Shown here in pieces: positions 18,705-29,239 of a DNA stretch of 64,000 nucleotides; position 1 is the first letter of the stretch; every line of letters starts with the position of its first letter. A program made the position numbers and the translations under genes. The DNA is taken from assembly GCA_964482335.1 (NCBI GenBank), contig CAYZXA010000001.1, positions 24,983 through 88,982 of the forward strand, written 5' to 3'. The DNA is from an uncultured Candidatus Saccharibacteria bacterium (GTDB lineage: Bacteria; Patescibacteriota; Minisyncoccia; Minisyncoccales; MHMH01). The notes under the pieces were generated by a model, which had not been told where the DNA came from, made no database searches, and was given only the letters and a program-made list of their open reading frames with translations.

Positions 18705-19335
18705 AGTTCACCCCAAAGCATTTCGCTTAAAGGATTCTCAGGATTGGGATTCCCGCTGGTTAAGCAAGAAAAAGCTTCCTCAGTATTTGGAAGAGGATTT
18801 TAGAATTAGAGAGTTTTTAGAAGAGAAGTTAAAAGATAGTGCTGTTGAGCGTATTGAAATTGAAAGATTTCCCGGCAAAGTTAATGTTATTATTAACAGC
18901 GGCCGACCTGGTTTAATTATTGGCCGGGGAGGCAAAGGAGCTGAGGAGTTAAAGAAAGAAATAGAAAGAATTCTGCCCTCAAAAGAAAAAAGAGAATTAA
19001 GAATCGAAATTAGAGAGATTAGAAATGTCTGGGCTTCAGCTTCTCTGGCTTCTCAATGGATCAGCCAGCAGTTAGAGAAACGAATGCCTCACCGCCGGGT
19101 TATAAGGCAGGCTATGGAAAAGATTATGGCCAGTAAAGAAGTCAAAGGAGCCAGGATTGAGATTTCCGGGAGATTAAGTGGTTCAGAGATTGCCAGAAGA
19201 GAATGGCTTAAAAAAGGTCGTTTGCCGCGTCAAACCTTGAGGTCAATTATTGATTACAAGCAAAGTGAAGCTTTTTGTACTTACGGTGTGATTGGCGTTA
19301 AGGTTTGGATTTACAAAGGAGAAAAGTTTGACTAA
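18694..19335 (+). CDS. rpsC: 30S ribosomal protein S3
   Basis: KH domain, conserved uS3. Confidence 0.95.
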   Translation: MSHKVHPKAFRLKDSQDWDSRWLSKKKLPQYLEEDFRIREFLEEKLKDSAVERIEIERFPGKVNVIINSGRPGLIIGRGGKGAEELKKEIERILPSKEKRELRIEIREIRNVWASASLASQWISQQLEKRMPHRRVIRQAMEKIMASKEVKGARIEISGRLSGSEIARREWLKKGRLPRQTLRSIIDYKQSEAFCTYGVIGVKVWIYKGEKFD

Positions 19336-19337
19336 AT

Positions 19338-19748
19338 ATGCTTTATCCTAAGAAAGTAAAACATCGAAAATGGCACAAGGGCCGACGTCGAGGCAAGGGC
19401 GTTGAAATTAGAGGTTCAGAACTCAGCTTCGGCAGTTTTGGCTTAAAGGCTTTGGAGGCAAAGTGGCTTACTACTCGTCAGCTTGAAGCTTCAAGAAGAG
19501 CCATTATCAGATATTTGAAAAAGGGCGGCAAGCTCTGGATCCGTATTTTTCCTGACAAGCCTGTTACCCGAAAAGGAACAGAAGTGCCCATGGGCGGTGG
19601 CAAAGGCGCAGTTGACCACTATGCTTTTTCTATTAAGCCCGGCAGAATACTTTTTGAGTTAGAAGGGATAAAAGAAGAGATGGCTAAAGAGGCTTTCTCA
19701 AGAGCTAGCGATAAATTGCCAATTAAGACTAAGTTTATTAAAAAATAA
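19338..19748 (+). CDS. rplP: 50S ribosomal protein L16
   Basis: Conserved uL16. Confidence 0.95.
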   Translation: MLYPKKVKHRKWHKGRRRGKGVEIRGSELSFGSFGLKALEAKWLTTRQLEASRRAIIRYLKKGGKLWIRIFPDKPVTRKGTEVPMGGGKGAVDHYAFSIKPGRILFELEGIKEEMAKEAFSRASDKLPIKTKFIKK

Positions 19749-19749
19749 C

Positions 19750-19932
19750 ATGAAGATTACTGAGCTGAGAACCAAAAATAAAAAAGAATTAACAAAAATG
19801 CTGATAGACAGCAAAGAGCGGTTGAGAACCTTAAAGTTTGACTTGGCTTCTGGTAAGGTTAAAAATGTCAGGGTAATCAGGGAATTAAAAAAAGATATTG
19901 CCCGCATTCTAACAATGTTAAAAGAAAAATAA
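19750..19932 (+). CDS. rpmC: 50S ribosomal protein L29
   Basis: 60 aa, conserved position and sequence. Confidence 0.85.
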   Translation: MKITELRTKNKKELTKMLIDSKERLRTLKFDLASGKVKNVRVIRELKKDIARILTMLKEK

Positions 19933-19933
19933 T

Positions 19934-20167
19934 ATGCCAAAAAGACAATTACAAGGTATTATCACCTCAAACAAGATGGCAAACACCGTCGTAGTTAAGG
20001 TTGAGAGGGTTAAGGAACATCCTAAATACAAGAGAAGGTACAAAATTCATAAGAAATATAAAGCCCATTTTGATAAAGAGGAGTATACTCTTGGTGACAA
20101 GGTGATTATTGAAGAATGCCGGCCAGTTAGTAAAGATAAAAAATGGAAAGTGATTAAAAAAATATGA
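19934..20167 (+). CDS. rpsQ: 30S ribosomal protein S17
   Basis: Conserved uS17. Confidence 0.9.
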   Translation: MPKRQLQGIITSNKMANTVVVKVERVKEHPKYKRRYKIHKKYKAHFDKEEYTLGDKVIIEECRPVSKDKKWKVIKKI

Positions 20168-20535
20168 TTCAACCCCAGACCATGTTAAAAGTTGCTGATA
20201 ACAGCGGAGCTAAAACACTCCAGTGTTTTCAGATTTTGGGCGGCACGCGTCACCGCTATGCTCAGCTCGGCGATGTTATCGTTGGCACAGTTAAGAAAGC
20301 TGAGCCGAGGAAGATTGTCAAAAAACATGAAGTAGTCAGAGCCGTTATTATCAGGCAAAAAAAAGCTTACAAAAGATCAACGGGAGTTTACGTTCGGTTT
20401 GACGATAATGCCTGCGTTATTTTAGACGCTAAAACAAAAGAGCCGAAAGGCGGCAGGATCTTTGGCCCCGTAGCTAAAGAATTAAAAGAAAAAGGTTTTG
20501 ACAAAATAGCCGGTTTAGCTCAAGAATTAATATGA
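20164..20535 (+). CDS. rplN: 50S ribosomal protein L14
   Basis: MIQPQTMLKVADNSGAK. Confidence 0.95.
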   Translation: MIQPQTMLKVADNSGAKTLQCFQILGGTRHRYAQLGDVIVGTVKKAEPRKIVKKHEVVRAVIIRQKKAYKRSTGVYVRFDDNACVILDAKTKEPKGGRIFGPVAKELKEKGFDKIAGLAQELI

Positions 20536-20837
20536 AGATTAAAAAGAACGACCAGGTATTAATAATTTCTGGCAAAGACCGTGGCAAACACGGCAAGGTT
20601 TTAGATGTTTTTCCTGGAAAGAGCAAGGTGGTAGTTGAAGGTGCTAATATTAGGAAAAAGCATGTTAAGCCGAAGAAATCAGGGGAAAAGGGCCAGATTG
20701 TTGAAATGCCAGCTAGTTTTAGTATTTCCAATGTTAAGTTGATTTGCTCCAAGTGCGGCAAGCCGACCAGAGTGGGGCATAAATTAATTGAAGGTAAAAA
20801 ATACCGTATTTGTAAGAAATGCGGCCAAGAAATATGA
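20532..20837 (+). CDS. rplX: 50S ribosomal protein L24 with C-terminal Cys4 zinc ribbon
   Basis: KOW domain; CSKCGK...CKKCG. Confidence 0.9.
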   Translation: MKIKKNDQVLIISGKDRGKHGKVLDVFPGKSKVVVEGANIRKKHVKPKKSGEKGQIVEMPASFSISNVKLICSKCGKPTRVGHKLIEGKKYRICKKCGQEI

Positions 20838-21388
20838 TGCGCTTAAAAGATAAATATATAAAAGAAGTTGTGCCACAGATGATGGAGAAGTTCGGCTACA
20901 AAAATACCATGGCTGTGCCCAAGATTATTAAGGTTGTTTTAAATAATGGTTTTGGCTCGCACGTTATTGGCAAGACGGCAGTTGAACAGAAAAAGATTCA
21001 GGAAGCCATTGTTAATGATTTGTCTTTGATTGCCGGGCAGAGAGCTATTTTGACCAGGGCCAAGAAAGCCATTGCTTCCTTTAAAACAAGGAAAGGTATG
21101 CCTCTTGGTGCTTCCGTCACTTTAAGGGGCCAGAAGATGTATGATTTTTTAGAGAGACTTATTAATGTGGCTTTGCCTCGTTCTCGTGATTTCCGAGGCA
21201 TTGAGCAGAAGTCAGTTGACAAAAATGGTAATTTAACCTTAGCTATCAGAGAACACATTGCTTTTCCCGAAATTTCGCCAGAGAAGACGAAACAAATCTT
21301 TAGCTTTGAGATTTCTGTCGTAACAACAGCTAAAAATCATGAAAGGGCATTGGCCTTCCTGAAATTATTAGGTTTTCCTATTAAATAA
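20819..21388 (+). CDS. rplE: 50S ribosomal protein L5
   Basis: Conserved uL5. Confidence 0.95.
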   Translation: MRPRNMMRLKDKYIKEVVPQMMEKFGYKNTMAVPKIIKVVLNNGFGSHVIGKTAVEQKKIQEAIVNDLSLIAGQRAILTRAKKAIASFKTRKGMPLGASVTLRGQKMYDFLERLINVALPRSRDFRGIEQKSVDKNGNLTLAIREHIAFPEISPEKTKQIFSFEISVVTTAKNHERALAFLKLLGFPIK

Positions 21389-21389
21389 T

Positions 21390-21575
21390 ATGGCAACTAA
21401 AGCTCAAATTGCAAAATCAAAGAAAAAACCAAAGTTTTCGTCTCGAATTGTCAGGCGCTGTTTTCGTTGCGGCAGAAAAAGAGGCTATATGAGGAAGTTC
21501 GGACTTTGTCGCATTTGTTTCCGGGAAATGGCTAATAAAGGTTTAATACCAGGTGTTAAAAAATCAAGTTGGTAA
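21390..21575 (+). CDS. rpsN: 30S ribosomal protein S14, type Z (zinc-binding)
   Basis: 61 aa, CFRCGR...CRIC. Confidence 0.9.
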   Translation: MATKAQIAKSKKKPKFSSRIVRRCFRCGRKRGYMRKFGLCRICFREMANKGLIPGVKKSSW

Positions 21576-21579
21576 TTAT

Positions 21580-21966
21580 ATGGATCCCATAACTGACATG
21601 TTAAATAGAATAAGGAATGCTCAGGCTGTTTTGCATGCTCAAGTAGAGGTTCCTTTTTCCAATTTAAAGTTTGAGATTGCTAAGGTTTTAGAGAAAAAGG
21701 GTTTTATTGAAAAAGTTGTTAAATCTGGTAGAAAAGAAAAGAAGTCTCTTGAGATTACTTTGAAGTATGAAAACAAGGTGCCGGTCATCTCCGGGTTAAG
21801 AAGAGTTTCCAAGCAGGGTCAGAGAATCTATTTGTCAGCCAAGAAAGTTAGAAAAGTCAAAGGAGGTTATGGCATTGCCATAATTTCTACTTCTAAAGGG
21901 TTGATGACTGGCAAAGAAACTAGACGCCAAAAATTAGGAGGAGAAATCCTTTGTGAAGTTTGGTAA
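21580..21966 (+). CDS. rpsH: 30S ribosomal protein S8
   Basis: MDPITDMLNRIRNA; start trimmed to the internal ATG. Confidence 0.93.
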   Translation: MDPITDMLNRIRNAQAVLHAQVEVPFSNLKFEIAKVLEKKGFIEKVVKSGRKEKKSLEITLKYENKVPVISGLRRVSKQGQRIYLSAKKVRKVKGGYGIAIISTSKGLMTGKETRRQKLGGEILCEVW

Positions 21967-21971
21967 ATACT

Positions 21972-22514
21972 ATGTCTCGTATAGGTAGAAAACCAATTGA
22001 AATACCTCAGGGAGTGGAAGTAAAAATTGATGACAGGAAGGTTTTAATTAAAGGTCCAAAGGGCGAACTCTTTTTTGAAGTTAGGCCAGAAATTAAGGCT
22101 GAAGTAAAGGAAGGCAAGGTTTTGTTAACTCCCCAGATTGAAACCAAAAACACCAAAGCTTTTTGGGGATTAACTAGAGCTTTGCTGCAAAATATGGTCA
22201 AGGGAGTGACCGAAGGCTACGAAAAGAAGCTGGAGATGGAAGGTGTTGGCTACAAGGCTAATCTAGAAGGCCAGGATTTAGTTTTAAACATTGGCTTTTC
22301 TCATCCAGTTAAGATAAAAGCTTCTGAAGGCATTAAGTTTGCTGTTGAAAAGAATATGATTACTGTCTCTGGCATTGACAAAGGACTGGTTGGCCAAACA
22401 GCTGCTAAAATCAGAAAGGTCAGACCGCCCGAGCCTTACAAAGGAAAAGGCATTAGATACGTTGGTGAGCAAATTAGAAGAAAAGTCGGTAAAAGAGCAG
22501 TCACCACTACTTAA
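21972..22514 (+). CDS. rplF: 50S ribosomal protein L6
   Basis: [12 protein letters not shown]. Confidence 0.93.
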   Translation: MSRIGRKPIEIPQGVEVKIDDRKVLIKGPKGELFFEVRPEIKAEVKEGKVLLTPQIETKNTKAFWGLTRALLQNMVKGVTEGYEKKLEMEGVGYKANLEGQDLVLNIGFSHPVKIKASEGIKFAVEKNMITVSGIDKGLVGQTAAKIRKVRPPEPYKGKGIRYVGEQIRRKVGKRAVTTT

Positions 22515-22515
22515 T

Positions 22516-22842
22516 ATGTTAAAGAAGCAAGAAAAGAGATTAAGACGTCATAAAAGAGTGAGAGCTAAAATAGCAGGTAGTGCTGAAGTGCCGCGACTTT
22601 GCGTTTTCAGATCCCATCAGTATATTTATGCTCAACTGATTGACGATGAAAAAGGAAAAACCCTTATTGCTGTTCAGGGAGAGGCAAATGTTGATAAGGC
22701 AAAAAAAGTGGGGAAACTCATCGCCAAAAAAGCATTAGAGAAAAAGATCGAGAAAGTTGTTTTTGACCGAGGCGGCTATAAATACCACGGCAAAGTAAAA
22801 GCTTTGGCCGAGGGCGCCAGAGAAGGCGGTTTAAAGTTTTAA
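22516..22842 (+). CDS. rplR: 50S ribosomal protein L18
   Basis: C-terminal uL18 core; start trimmed to ATG 22516 right after the rplF stop. Confidence 0.88.
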   Translation: MLKKQEKRLRRHKRVRAKIAGSAEVPRLCVFRSHQYIYAQLIDDEKGKTLIAVQGEANVDKAKKVGKLIAKKALEKKIEKVVFDRGGYKYHGKVKALAEGAREGGLKF

Positions 22843-22876
22843 GAACCTCTCTTTCAGCGAGAATCTTGATTTTTTC
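22840..22876 (+). repeat. stop-codon-anchored intergenic element, copy A (TAAGAACCT-stem-loop-GAAYCTTGATTTTT)
   Basis: TAAGAACCTCTCTTTCAGCGAGAATCTTGATTTTTTC; homologous copies at 43264 and 54993. Confidence 0.6.
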
Positions 22877-22888
22877 AAAATTAAATTT

Positions 22889-23380
22889 ATGCAAAGAGAT
22901 AGATTTAGAAAATTTGGAAAGGATAAACCAAAGGATGAATTTGAATCCAAGCTTTTGGATTTAGCTCGCGTTTCTCATACCCGGGCTGGCGGCAGGAAGA
23001 TGAGATTTAGAGCAGTCATTGTCACCGGTGACAAGAAAGGTAAAGTAGGTTTGGGCATAGCTAAAGGCTCTGATGTCCGGTTAGCCATTGAAAAAGCAAC
23101 CCGCCTTTCTAAGAAATATTTAATAGAGGTGCCTATTGTTGAAGATAGTATTCCCCATGAGGTAGAAGCTAAAGTCGGGGCAGCTCGTGTTCTATTAAGG
23201 CCTCAGAGGAAAGGCAGGGGATTGGTGGCTGGAGGCACTGTCAGAGTAGTTTGTAATTTAGCTGGTATTAAAAATATTTCTTCTAAGATATTGGGTAGGA
23301 CCGGCAATAAGATTGGTAATGCCAGAGCAACTATGGAAGCATTAAAAAAATTAAAAGCTCATGCAACTCCACGAACTTAA
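22889..23380 (+). CDS. rpsE: 30S ribosomal protein S5
   Basis: Conserved uS5. Confidence 0.93.
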   Translation: MQRDRFRKFGKDKPKDEFESKLLDLARVSHTRAGGRKMRFRAVIVTGDKKGKVGLGIAKGSDVRLAIEKATRLSKKYLIEVPIVEDSIPHEVEAKVGAARVLLRPQRKGRGLVAGGTVRVVCNLAGIKNISSKILGRTGNKIGNARATMEALKKLKAHATPRT

Positions 23381-23789
23381 ACCAACTCATAAGAAAAAAA
23401 CAAGAAAAAGAGTAGGCAGAGGCGGCAAAAGAGGTACTTATTCTGGCAAAGGAATGAAGGGCCAGAAATCAAGGGCTGGCAAAAGGATGAAGCCGGTGAT
23501 TCGCAGTTTGATTAAAAGGTATCCTAAGTTGAGAGGCTACAAGTTTAATCCTCAAACAACAAAACCTGTTGTTATTAATTTTGAGGTGCTTGAAAAGAAA
23601 TTCAAGTCAGGCGACAAGGTAAGCCCTAAAATCTTGTTAGAAAAGGGATTAATTCGTAAAATAAAAGGGAGGATGCCTCTTGTTAAGATTTTAGGCAAGG
23701 GAAAGATTGCCAAAGCTCTAACCATTGAGGGATGTTCAGTTTCTAAATCAGTTAAAGAGAAACTTAAAACTAATGCAGTGGCTAAATAA
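23361..23789 (+). CDS. rplO: 50S ribosomal protein L15 (no L30 gene between rpsE and rplO)
   Basis: Conserved uL15. Confidence 0.9.
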   Translation: MQLHELKPTHKKKTRKRVGRGGKRGTYSGKGMKGQKSRAGKRMKPVIRSLIKRYPKLRGYKFNPQTTKPVVINFEVLEKKFKSGDKVSPKILLEKGLIRKIKGRMPLVKILGKGKIAKALTIEGCSVSKSVKEKLKTNAVAK

Positions 23790-25053
23790 AGTCATCCAAG
23801 TATTTAAGATTCGCGATCTTCGCAAAAAGATTCTTTTTGTTTTGGCTGTTTTTGTTGTTTTTAGGCTGATGGCCAATATTCCTATGCCCGGCATTGATAT
23901 TGAAAACCTCAAATCTTTCTTTGAGCAGTTTCAAATCTTTGGGCTTTTGAACCTCTTTACCGGTGGTACTTTGTCTAATCTATCAATTATTATGCTAGGT
24001 TTAGGTCCTTATATCACGGCCACCATTATTATGCAGTTATTGACCATGATTTTTCCTCCTTTGGAGCGCATGTATAAAGAAGAAGGCGAGGCTGGCCGTC
24101 AGAAGTTTAATCAGTACGGCAGACTTTTAACCGTGCCCTTAGCCATGATGCAGGGCTATGCTATGCTGACTTTGCTGCAAAAACAAGGAGCTATTGGCGC
24201 CCTTACCCTAACCACTATTCTTACCTCAGTCGTGACCGTGGCAGCTGGCTGTTTATTTTTAATGTGGTTGGGAGAGCTGATTACTGAAAGAGGTATTGGC
24301 AATGGTGTCAGCTTGTTGATTTTTGCTGGAATTATTGCTAGGGTCCCTCAAAGTATCAGAGAAACCCTGGTTAAGTGGGAGCCTTCTCAACTACCAGCTT
24401 ATTTGCTCTTCCTCGGCATGGCTTTGTTAATTATTTCTGGAGTTGTTATGATAAACGAAGGAAGAAGGAACATACCTGTTTCTTATGCTAAAAGAGTCAG
24501 GGGTATGAGAATGTATGGGGGTGTCTCTACCTATTTGCCTTTGAACGTTAACCCAGCAGGCGTTATACCGATTATCTTTGCTTTATCAATCATGCTTTTT
24601 CCTGGTATGGTTGCTAACTTCCTGTCAGGTGCTCCTGGCATGGTTGGTTCTGTTGCTCAGTATGTTGGTGACCTTTTTGAAAATGCCTGGGTTTACGGCA
24701 TCTTATACTTTCTTTTGGTCTGCCTTTTTACTTACTTTTATACGGCTGTTACCTTTGACCCCAAATCAATTTCTTCTAATCTGCAGAAAATGGGTGGCTT
24801 TGTGCCAGGTATCAGGCCAGGCGAATCAACAGCCAACTTCCTTCACTATATTCTAAATAGGGTTCTGCTGATTGGAGCTTTGTTTTTAGGCACGATAGCT
24901 GTTCTGCCTTCAATTATTGGCGGTGCTACTGGCATTACTGTCTTTTCTTTCTTGATTGGTGGTACGGCTTTGCTTATTACTGTTTCAGTTGTCTTGGAGA
25001 CAATGCGCCAAATCAATGCTCAATTACAAATGAGAGAATATGAAACGTTCTAA
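23773..25053 (+). CDS. secY: preprotein translocase subunit SecY
   Basis: 10-TM protein; start set at MQWLNKVIQVF...LRKKILF. Confidence 0.93.
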   Translation: MQWLNKVIQVFKIRDLRKKILFVLAVFVVFRLMANIPMPGIDIENLKSFFEQFQIFGLLNLFTGGTLSNLSIIMLGLGPYITATIIMQLLTMIFPPLERMYKEEGEAGRQKFNQYGRLLTVPLAMMQGYAMLTLLQKQGAIGALTLTTILTSVVTVAAGCLFLMWLGELITERGIGNGVSLLIFAGIIARVPQSIRETLVKWEPSQLPAYLLFLGMALLIISGVVMINEGRRNIPVSYAKRVRGMRMYGGVSTYLPLNVNPAGVIPIIFALSIMLFPGMVANFLSGAPGMVGSVAQYVGDLFENAWVYGILYFLLVCLFTYFYTAVTFDPKSISSNLQKMGGFVPGIRPGESTANFLHYILNRVLLIGALFLGTIAVLPSIIGGATGITVFSFLIGGTALLITVSVVLETMRQINAQLQMREYETF

Positions 25054-25735
25054 GCTATTCATTATTGTTTTAGGACCACCAGGTTCTGGCAAAGGAACCC
25101 AGGCCGAGCTTTTGGCTGAGAAATTTGATTTCTACCACTTAGAAACAAGTGAAATTATTGAGAGAAATTTGGCCAATGCTAAAAAAGACGATTTTGTTCT
25201 GGTCAACAACAAGAAATATTTTTTATTAGACGAGAAAAAAATGAGGGAATCAGGCGAGTTAATGAGCCCTCCTTTGATTGCTTTTTGGGTTAAGGATAAA
25301 ATTAAGGAATTGGCTCAAGAAGGAAAAGGGATTACAACTTCCGGTTCTCCCAGGACGCTCTACGAAGGCAAAGAAGTAGTCCCTGTTTTAAAAAAATTAT
25401 ACGGCATAAAGAATATCAAAGTAATTTTACTTAATTTAAGTGCCAAAGAATCTATTTGGAGAAATTCTCACCGCAGAAGCTGTCGGTTAATGCGGCATCC
25501 TATTTTATACACTAAAGAAACTGCTAAACTGACTAAGTGTCCTATTGATGGTTCAGAATTAATCATCCGCAAGGATGACAATTCAGAGGTTATTAAGATC
25601 AGGTTAAAAGAATATAAAGAAAGAACATTTCCTTTGGTAAAATATTTTAAAGGGGAGGATTTGCAGGTTAAAAAAATAAATGGCAAGCAGTCAGTTGAAA
25701 AAGTATTTAAAGATATTTTAAAAGCTGTCAAATGA
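25040..25735 (+). CDS. adk: adenylate kinase
   Basis: GPPGSGKGTQA P-loop, 231 aa. Confidence 0.92.
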   Translation: MKRSKLFIIVLGPPGSGKGTQAELLAEKFDFYHLETSEIIERNLANAKKDDFVLVNNKKYFLLDEKKMRESGELMSPPLIAFWVKDKIKELAQEGKGITTSGSPRTLYEGKEVVPVLKKLYGIKNIKVILLNLSAKESIWRNSHRRSCRLMRHPILYTKETAKLTKCPIDGSELIIRKDDNSEVIKIRLKEYKERTFPLVKYFKGEDLQVKKINGKQSVEKVFKDILKAVK

Positions 25736-26478
25736 TTACTATTAAAACTGCTCAAGAAATCAAGATAATGGCTGAAGGTGGCAAGATTCTGGCTCGTATC
25801 ATGAAAGAGCTGGAAAAGAAAGTTAAACCAGGAGTTAGTACCAAAGAATTAGACAGGGCTGCAGAAGCCCTGATTTTAGAATCTGGCAGCAAATGTTCTT
25901 TTAAAGGATATGAGGGTTATCCTGCTTGTTTGTGTGCTTCTATTAATCAAGAGATTGTTCACGCTATACCTTCTGATAGAATTTTAAAAGAAGGTGATAT
26001 TCTTTCACTTGATTTAGGTATTTTGTATAAAGGGTTCCATGCTGATATGGCCGTGACGTTGCCGGTTGGCAAAGTTCCTCCTGAAACCCAAAGGTTAATC
26101 AGAGTTACTAAAAAAGCCTTAAAAAGAGGTATTAAAAAGATTAAACCCGGCAATACTTTGGGTGATATTGGCAATACAATTCAAAGACATGTTGAATCCC
26201 AGGGGTTTAATGTAGTCAGAGAGCTTTGTGGCCATGGCATTGGCAGAAAACTTCATGAAGAACCCCAGATTTTAAATTATGGAAAAAGAAAAGCAGGTCT
26301 CGAGATAAAAGAAGGCATGACTTTATGCTTGGAGCCAATGGCTACAGCGGGGGATTACCATATTAGAGAATCAAAAGATGGCCATGGTTTTGAAACTGCT
26401 GATGGTTCTCTTTCAGCACACTTTGAACATATGATCATTGTTACTAAGAATGGAGCAAAGATTTTAACTGTGATATAA
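25732..26478 (+). CDS. map: type I methionine aminopeptidase
   Basis: Pita-bread fold motifs, Co/Mn-binding residues. Confidence 0.95.
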   Translation: MITIKTAQEIKIMAEGGKILARIMKELEKKVKPGVSTKELDRAAEALILESGSKCSFKGYEGYPACLCASINQEIVHAIPSDRILKEGDILSLDLGILYKGFHADMAVTLPVGKVPPETQRLIRVTKKALKRGIKKIKPGNTLGDIGNTIQRHVESQGFNVVRELCGHGIGRKLHEEPQILNYGKRKAGLEIKEGMTLCLEPMATAGDYHIRESKDGHGFETADGSLSAHFEHMIIVTKNGAKILTVI

Positions 26479-26492
26479 TATTTTAATATTAA

Positions 26493-26951
26493 ATGATTGC
26501 TGAGTTTAAAATTCTTTTGATAGCCATGTCGCCGATTTTGGAATTAAGGGGTTCTATTCCTATTGCTCTGGGTGTTTATCAAATGCCGTTTTGGTCTTCT
26601 TTTTTAATTTCAATCGTTGGTAACTTGATTCCTGTTCTTTTGCTTCTTTGGTTGCTGGAGGCTGTTTCTAAATATTTGAGTTCTCACTTTTACTTCTTTA
26701 ACCGTTTCTTTACTTGGTTGTTTGAAAGAGCAAGGAGAAAACATACAGATAAGTTTGAGCGCTGGAAAGAATATGCTTTGGTTGTTTTGGTAGCCATTCC
26801 TTTGCCTTTTACTGGTGCTTGGACAGGTTCTTTGTGTGCCTTTGTCTTTGGCATTCCTTTTAAAAAAGCTTTTCCTTTAATTAGTATTGGTGTAGTTATT
26901 GCTGCTGTTATAGTTACCTTAACTACTTTAAGTATTTTCATAGTTACATGA
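26493..26951 (+). CDS. small membrane protein, COG2426 / small-multidrug-export-like
   Basis: 152 aa, four TM segments; assignment made by recalled family similarity only. Confidence 0.4.
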   Translation: MIAEFKILLIAMSPILELRGSIPIALGVYQMPFWSSFLISIVGNLIPVLLLLWLLEAVSKYLSSHFYFFNRFFTWLFERARRKHTDKFERWKEYALVVLVAIPLPFTGAWTGSLCAFVFGIPFKKAFPLISIGVVIAAVIVTLTTLSIFIVT

Positions 26952-27568
26952 AGCCCTTAATCGTTGCCAATTGGAAAATGAATCCCTCAAGCTTAAAAGA
27001 AGCTAAACTTCTTTTTAATCGTGTGAAAAAAGCTGATGGAATAATTTGTCCACCGTTTGTTTATTTGTCCAGTCTGAAAGCTACTGGCGCTCAGGATGTT
27101 TTTTGGGAAAATAGAGGAGCTTTCACTGGTGAAGTTTCGGCTTTAATGTTGAAGAATTTAGGAGTGAAATACGTTATCGTCGGTCATTCGGAAAGAAGAA
27201 AGCATTTTAAAGAGACAGACGAGATGATTGCTAAAAAAATAAAGGCTGTTTTAAAAGTGAGTTTAAAGCCGATTTTATGCATTGATAAGCTTTCTCAAAT
27301 TCCCAAAAAGATTAAAGGAAAACTAATTGTAGCTTACGAGCCCCTCTTTGCTATTGGCACAGGAAAAGCTTGTAGTCCTTTGAGAGCAAAAAAGATGAGG
27401 CTCAGCATTAAAAAGATTGTTGGCGGCAAGGTGCCTATTTTATATGGCGGCAGTGTCAATTCCCAGAATGCCAAATCATACATTAAACAGGCTGGCTTTC
27501 AGGGCTTATTGGTTGGTGGAGCTTCTTTGAAACCTCAAGAATTCATTGACATTGTTAAAAATACTTGA
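26948..27568 (+). CDS. tpiA: triose-phosphate isomerase (compact, 206 aa)
   Basis: ANWKMN, GHSERR, AYEPLFAIGTGKA, YGGSV motifs. Confidence 0.85.
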   Translation: MKPLIVANWKMNPSSLKEAKLLFNRVKKADGIICPPFVYLSSLKATGAQDVFWENRGAFTGEVSALMLKNLGVKYVIVGHSERRKHFKETDEMIAKKIKAVLKVSLKPILCIDKLSQIPKKIKGKLIVAYEPLFAIGTGKACSPLRAKKMRLSIKKIVGGKVPILYGGSVNSQNAKSYIKQAGFQGLLVGGASLKPQEFIDIVKNT

Positions 27569-27593
27569 CTTATTTGCTTTTTTACAATAGAAT
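27565..27593 (+). promoter_or_regulatory. promoter TTGACT-N17-TAGAAT overlapping the tpiA stop
   Basis: Followed by SD AGGAGA 6 nt before ATG 27608. Confidence 0.45.
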
Positions 27594-27607
27594 ATTAGGA
27601 GATAAAT

Positions 27608-28123
27608 ATGCAAGACATTCTTAATAACGGTCATTTTTATAATCCAACGCAGGGAAATTTGACATTCGACCAGATGGTTAAAGCATTGTTCCAATACATG
27701 GGAGAGAAGCCTGACAAGTCATACGAAATTATTGTTGGCTGCGATTCTTCTTCTGGAGAGGAGCCTAATTTCCCTTTGGCAGTTGTTGTTTTAAGAAAAG
27801 GCGAAGGAGGCAGGTTTTTTCTTAAGAGAATAAAATATCCTCCTGCTGAGAGAAAGTTTTTCAATTGGAAGTCAAGGATTTTGAATGAAGTTATGCTATC
27901 TTGTGAGCTTGCTTTATCCTTAAGGGAGAAAGTGGAAAAAAGAACCAAAAGAGCTGACTCCTTTGATTTCGAATTTCGTTACATCCATGCTGATGTTGGA
28001 GAAAACGGCCAGACAAAAGATATGATAAAAGAAGTGACTGGCCTTATTCGTGGTAATGGTTTTGAACCAAAGATTAAGCCAGAGTCATATGTTGCTTCAG
28101 TCGTCGCGGACCGCTACAGCTAA
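27608..28123 (+). CDS. YkuK/DUF458-like RNase-H-fold protein (hypothetical)
   Basis: HFYNPTQGNL near the N-terminus and C-terminal IKPESYVASVVADRYS resemble the DUF458 family; own promoter and SD. Confidence 0.4.
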   Translation: MQDILNNGHFYNPTQGNLTFDQMVKALFQYMGEKPDKSYEIIVGCDSSSGEEPNFPLAVVVLRKGEGGRFFLKRIKYPPAERKFFNWKSRILNEVMLSCELALSLREKVEKRTKRADSFDFEFRYIHADVGENGQTKDMIKEVTGLIRGNGFEPKIKPESYVASVVADRYS

Positions 28124-28130
28124 AATAATT

Positions 28131-29087
28131 GTGGCTATGTCAGGCGGTGTTGATTCTTCTGTTGCTGCGGCCCTTTTGAAAAGGGCTGGTTTTAATGTGA
28201 GCGGAGTTTTTATAGAACTCTATGATTTGCCTTGCCTCAGAGAAGCAGAAAAAAGAGCAAAAAGAGTTGCTAAGGCTTTAAAAGTTCCCCTCCGAGTTTT
28301 AGACTTGAGGAAGGAATTTAAAAAGGAGGTTATTGATTATTTTCTAGCTGAATATCGGGCTGGCCGTACTCCTAATCCTTGCATAGTTTGTAATAAGAAA
28401 ATAAAGTTTAATTTTGGTGGATGGATGGCTACAGGTCATTATGTCAGAAGGGTTGGTTCTAAATTGCTGCAAGCCAGAGATAAAGAAAAAGATCAGTCAT
28501 ATTTTCTTTGGCAGCTTGCTCAGAAACAATTGAAGCATATTTTGTTTCCTAACGGACACTATACCAAGCCTGAGATAAGAAAATTAGCCAAGGAATTTAA
28601 GTTGCCAGTATTTGAAACTCCTGAATCTCAGGAAGTTTGCTTTGTCCAAAAAACCACAGAACAATTCTTATCTCGTTATATTAAAAGGAAGCCAGGTTAC
28701 ATAATTGATGTTAAAGGAAAAGTTTTAGGTCAGCACCAGGGTTTGCTTTTTTACACCATCGGACAGAGAAAGGGGATAGGATTGAGTGGCGGTCCTTTCT
28801 GGGTTTTGAAAAAAGATTTAAAGAAGAATCTTTTGATAGTGACTAAAAAAGAAAAAGATTTATTGAGGAAAGAATTAACTTTTAAAAATGTTAATTGGAT
28901 TTCTGGAAAAGCTCCAAAACTGCCTTTGAAAGTTAAGGCAAAAATTAGATACCGTTCAGCACTTAGCCCAGCCACTGTCTATAAAAACAAAGTTATCTTT
29001 AATCGACCCCAACGTGCTATAACCCCCGGCCAATCAGTGGTATTTTATAGAGGTGAAGAGCTTTTAGGTGGTGGGGTGATTAGATAA
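28131..29087 (+). CDS. mnmA: tRNA 2-thiouridine(34) synthase MnmA
   Basis: PP-loop SGGVDSS; start uncertain (GTG 28131 or ATG 28137) just after the upstream stop. Confidence 0.85.
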   Translation: MAMSGGVDSSVAAALLKRAGFNVSGVFIELYDLPCLREAEKRAKRVAKALKVPLRVLDLRKEFKKEVIDYFLAEYRAGRTPNPCIVCNKKIKFNFGGWMATGHYVRRVGSKLLQARDKEKDQSYFLWQLAQKQLKHILFPNGHYTKPEIRKLAKEFKLPVFETPESQEVCFVQKTTEQFLSRYIKRKPGYIIDVKGKVLGQHQGLLFYTIGQRKGIGLSGGPFWVLKKDLKKNLLIVTKKEKDLLRKELTFKNVNWISGKAPKLPLKVKAKIRYRSALSPATVYKNKVIFNRPQRAITPGQSVVFYRGEELLGGGVIR

Positions 29088-29141
29088 TTATCTCTTAATA
29101 ACAAGACATGCTGAAAGAGGAGGCTTACCTAGTTTTCCACA

Positions 29142-29170
29142 TTGACAAGAGGTCGTGGTTTTCATAAGAT
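29142..29170 (+). promoter_or_regulatory. promoter TTGACA-N17-TAAGAT
   Basis: Perfect -35, 17-nt spacer. Confidence 0.4.
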
Positions 29171-29191
29171 TGATTAAAGCACGTTTTTTAT

Positions 29192-29229
29192 AGGAGATCT
29201 CCTTTCTTTGACTGGTCAGGAGATGTCCT
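29192..29229. promoter_or_regulatory. pair of 12-bp palindromes AGGAGATCTCCT and AGGAGATGTCCT, 14 nt apart (operator-like)
   Basis: First is a perfect palindrome; second differs at one centre position. Confidence 0.4.
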
Positions 29230-29239
29230 ACCAAGTTTA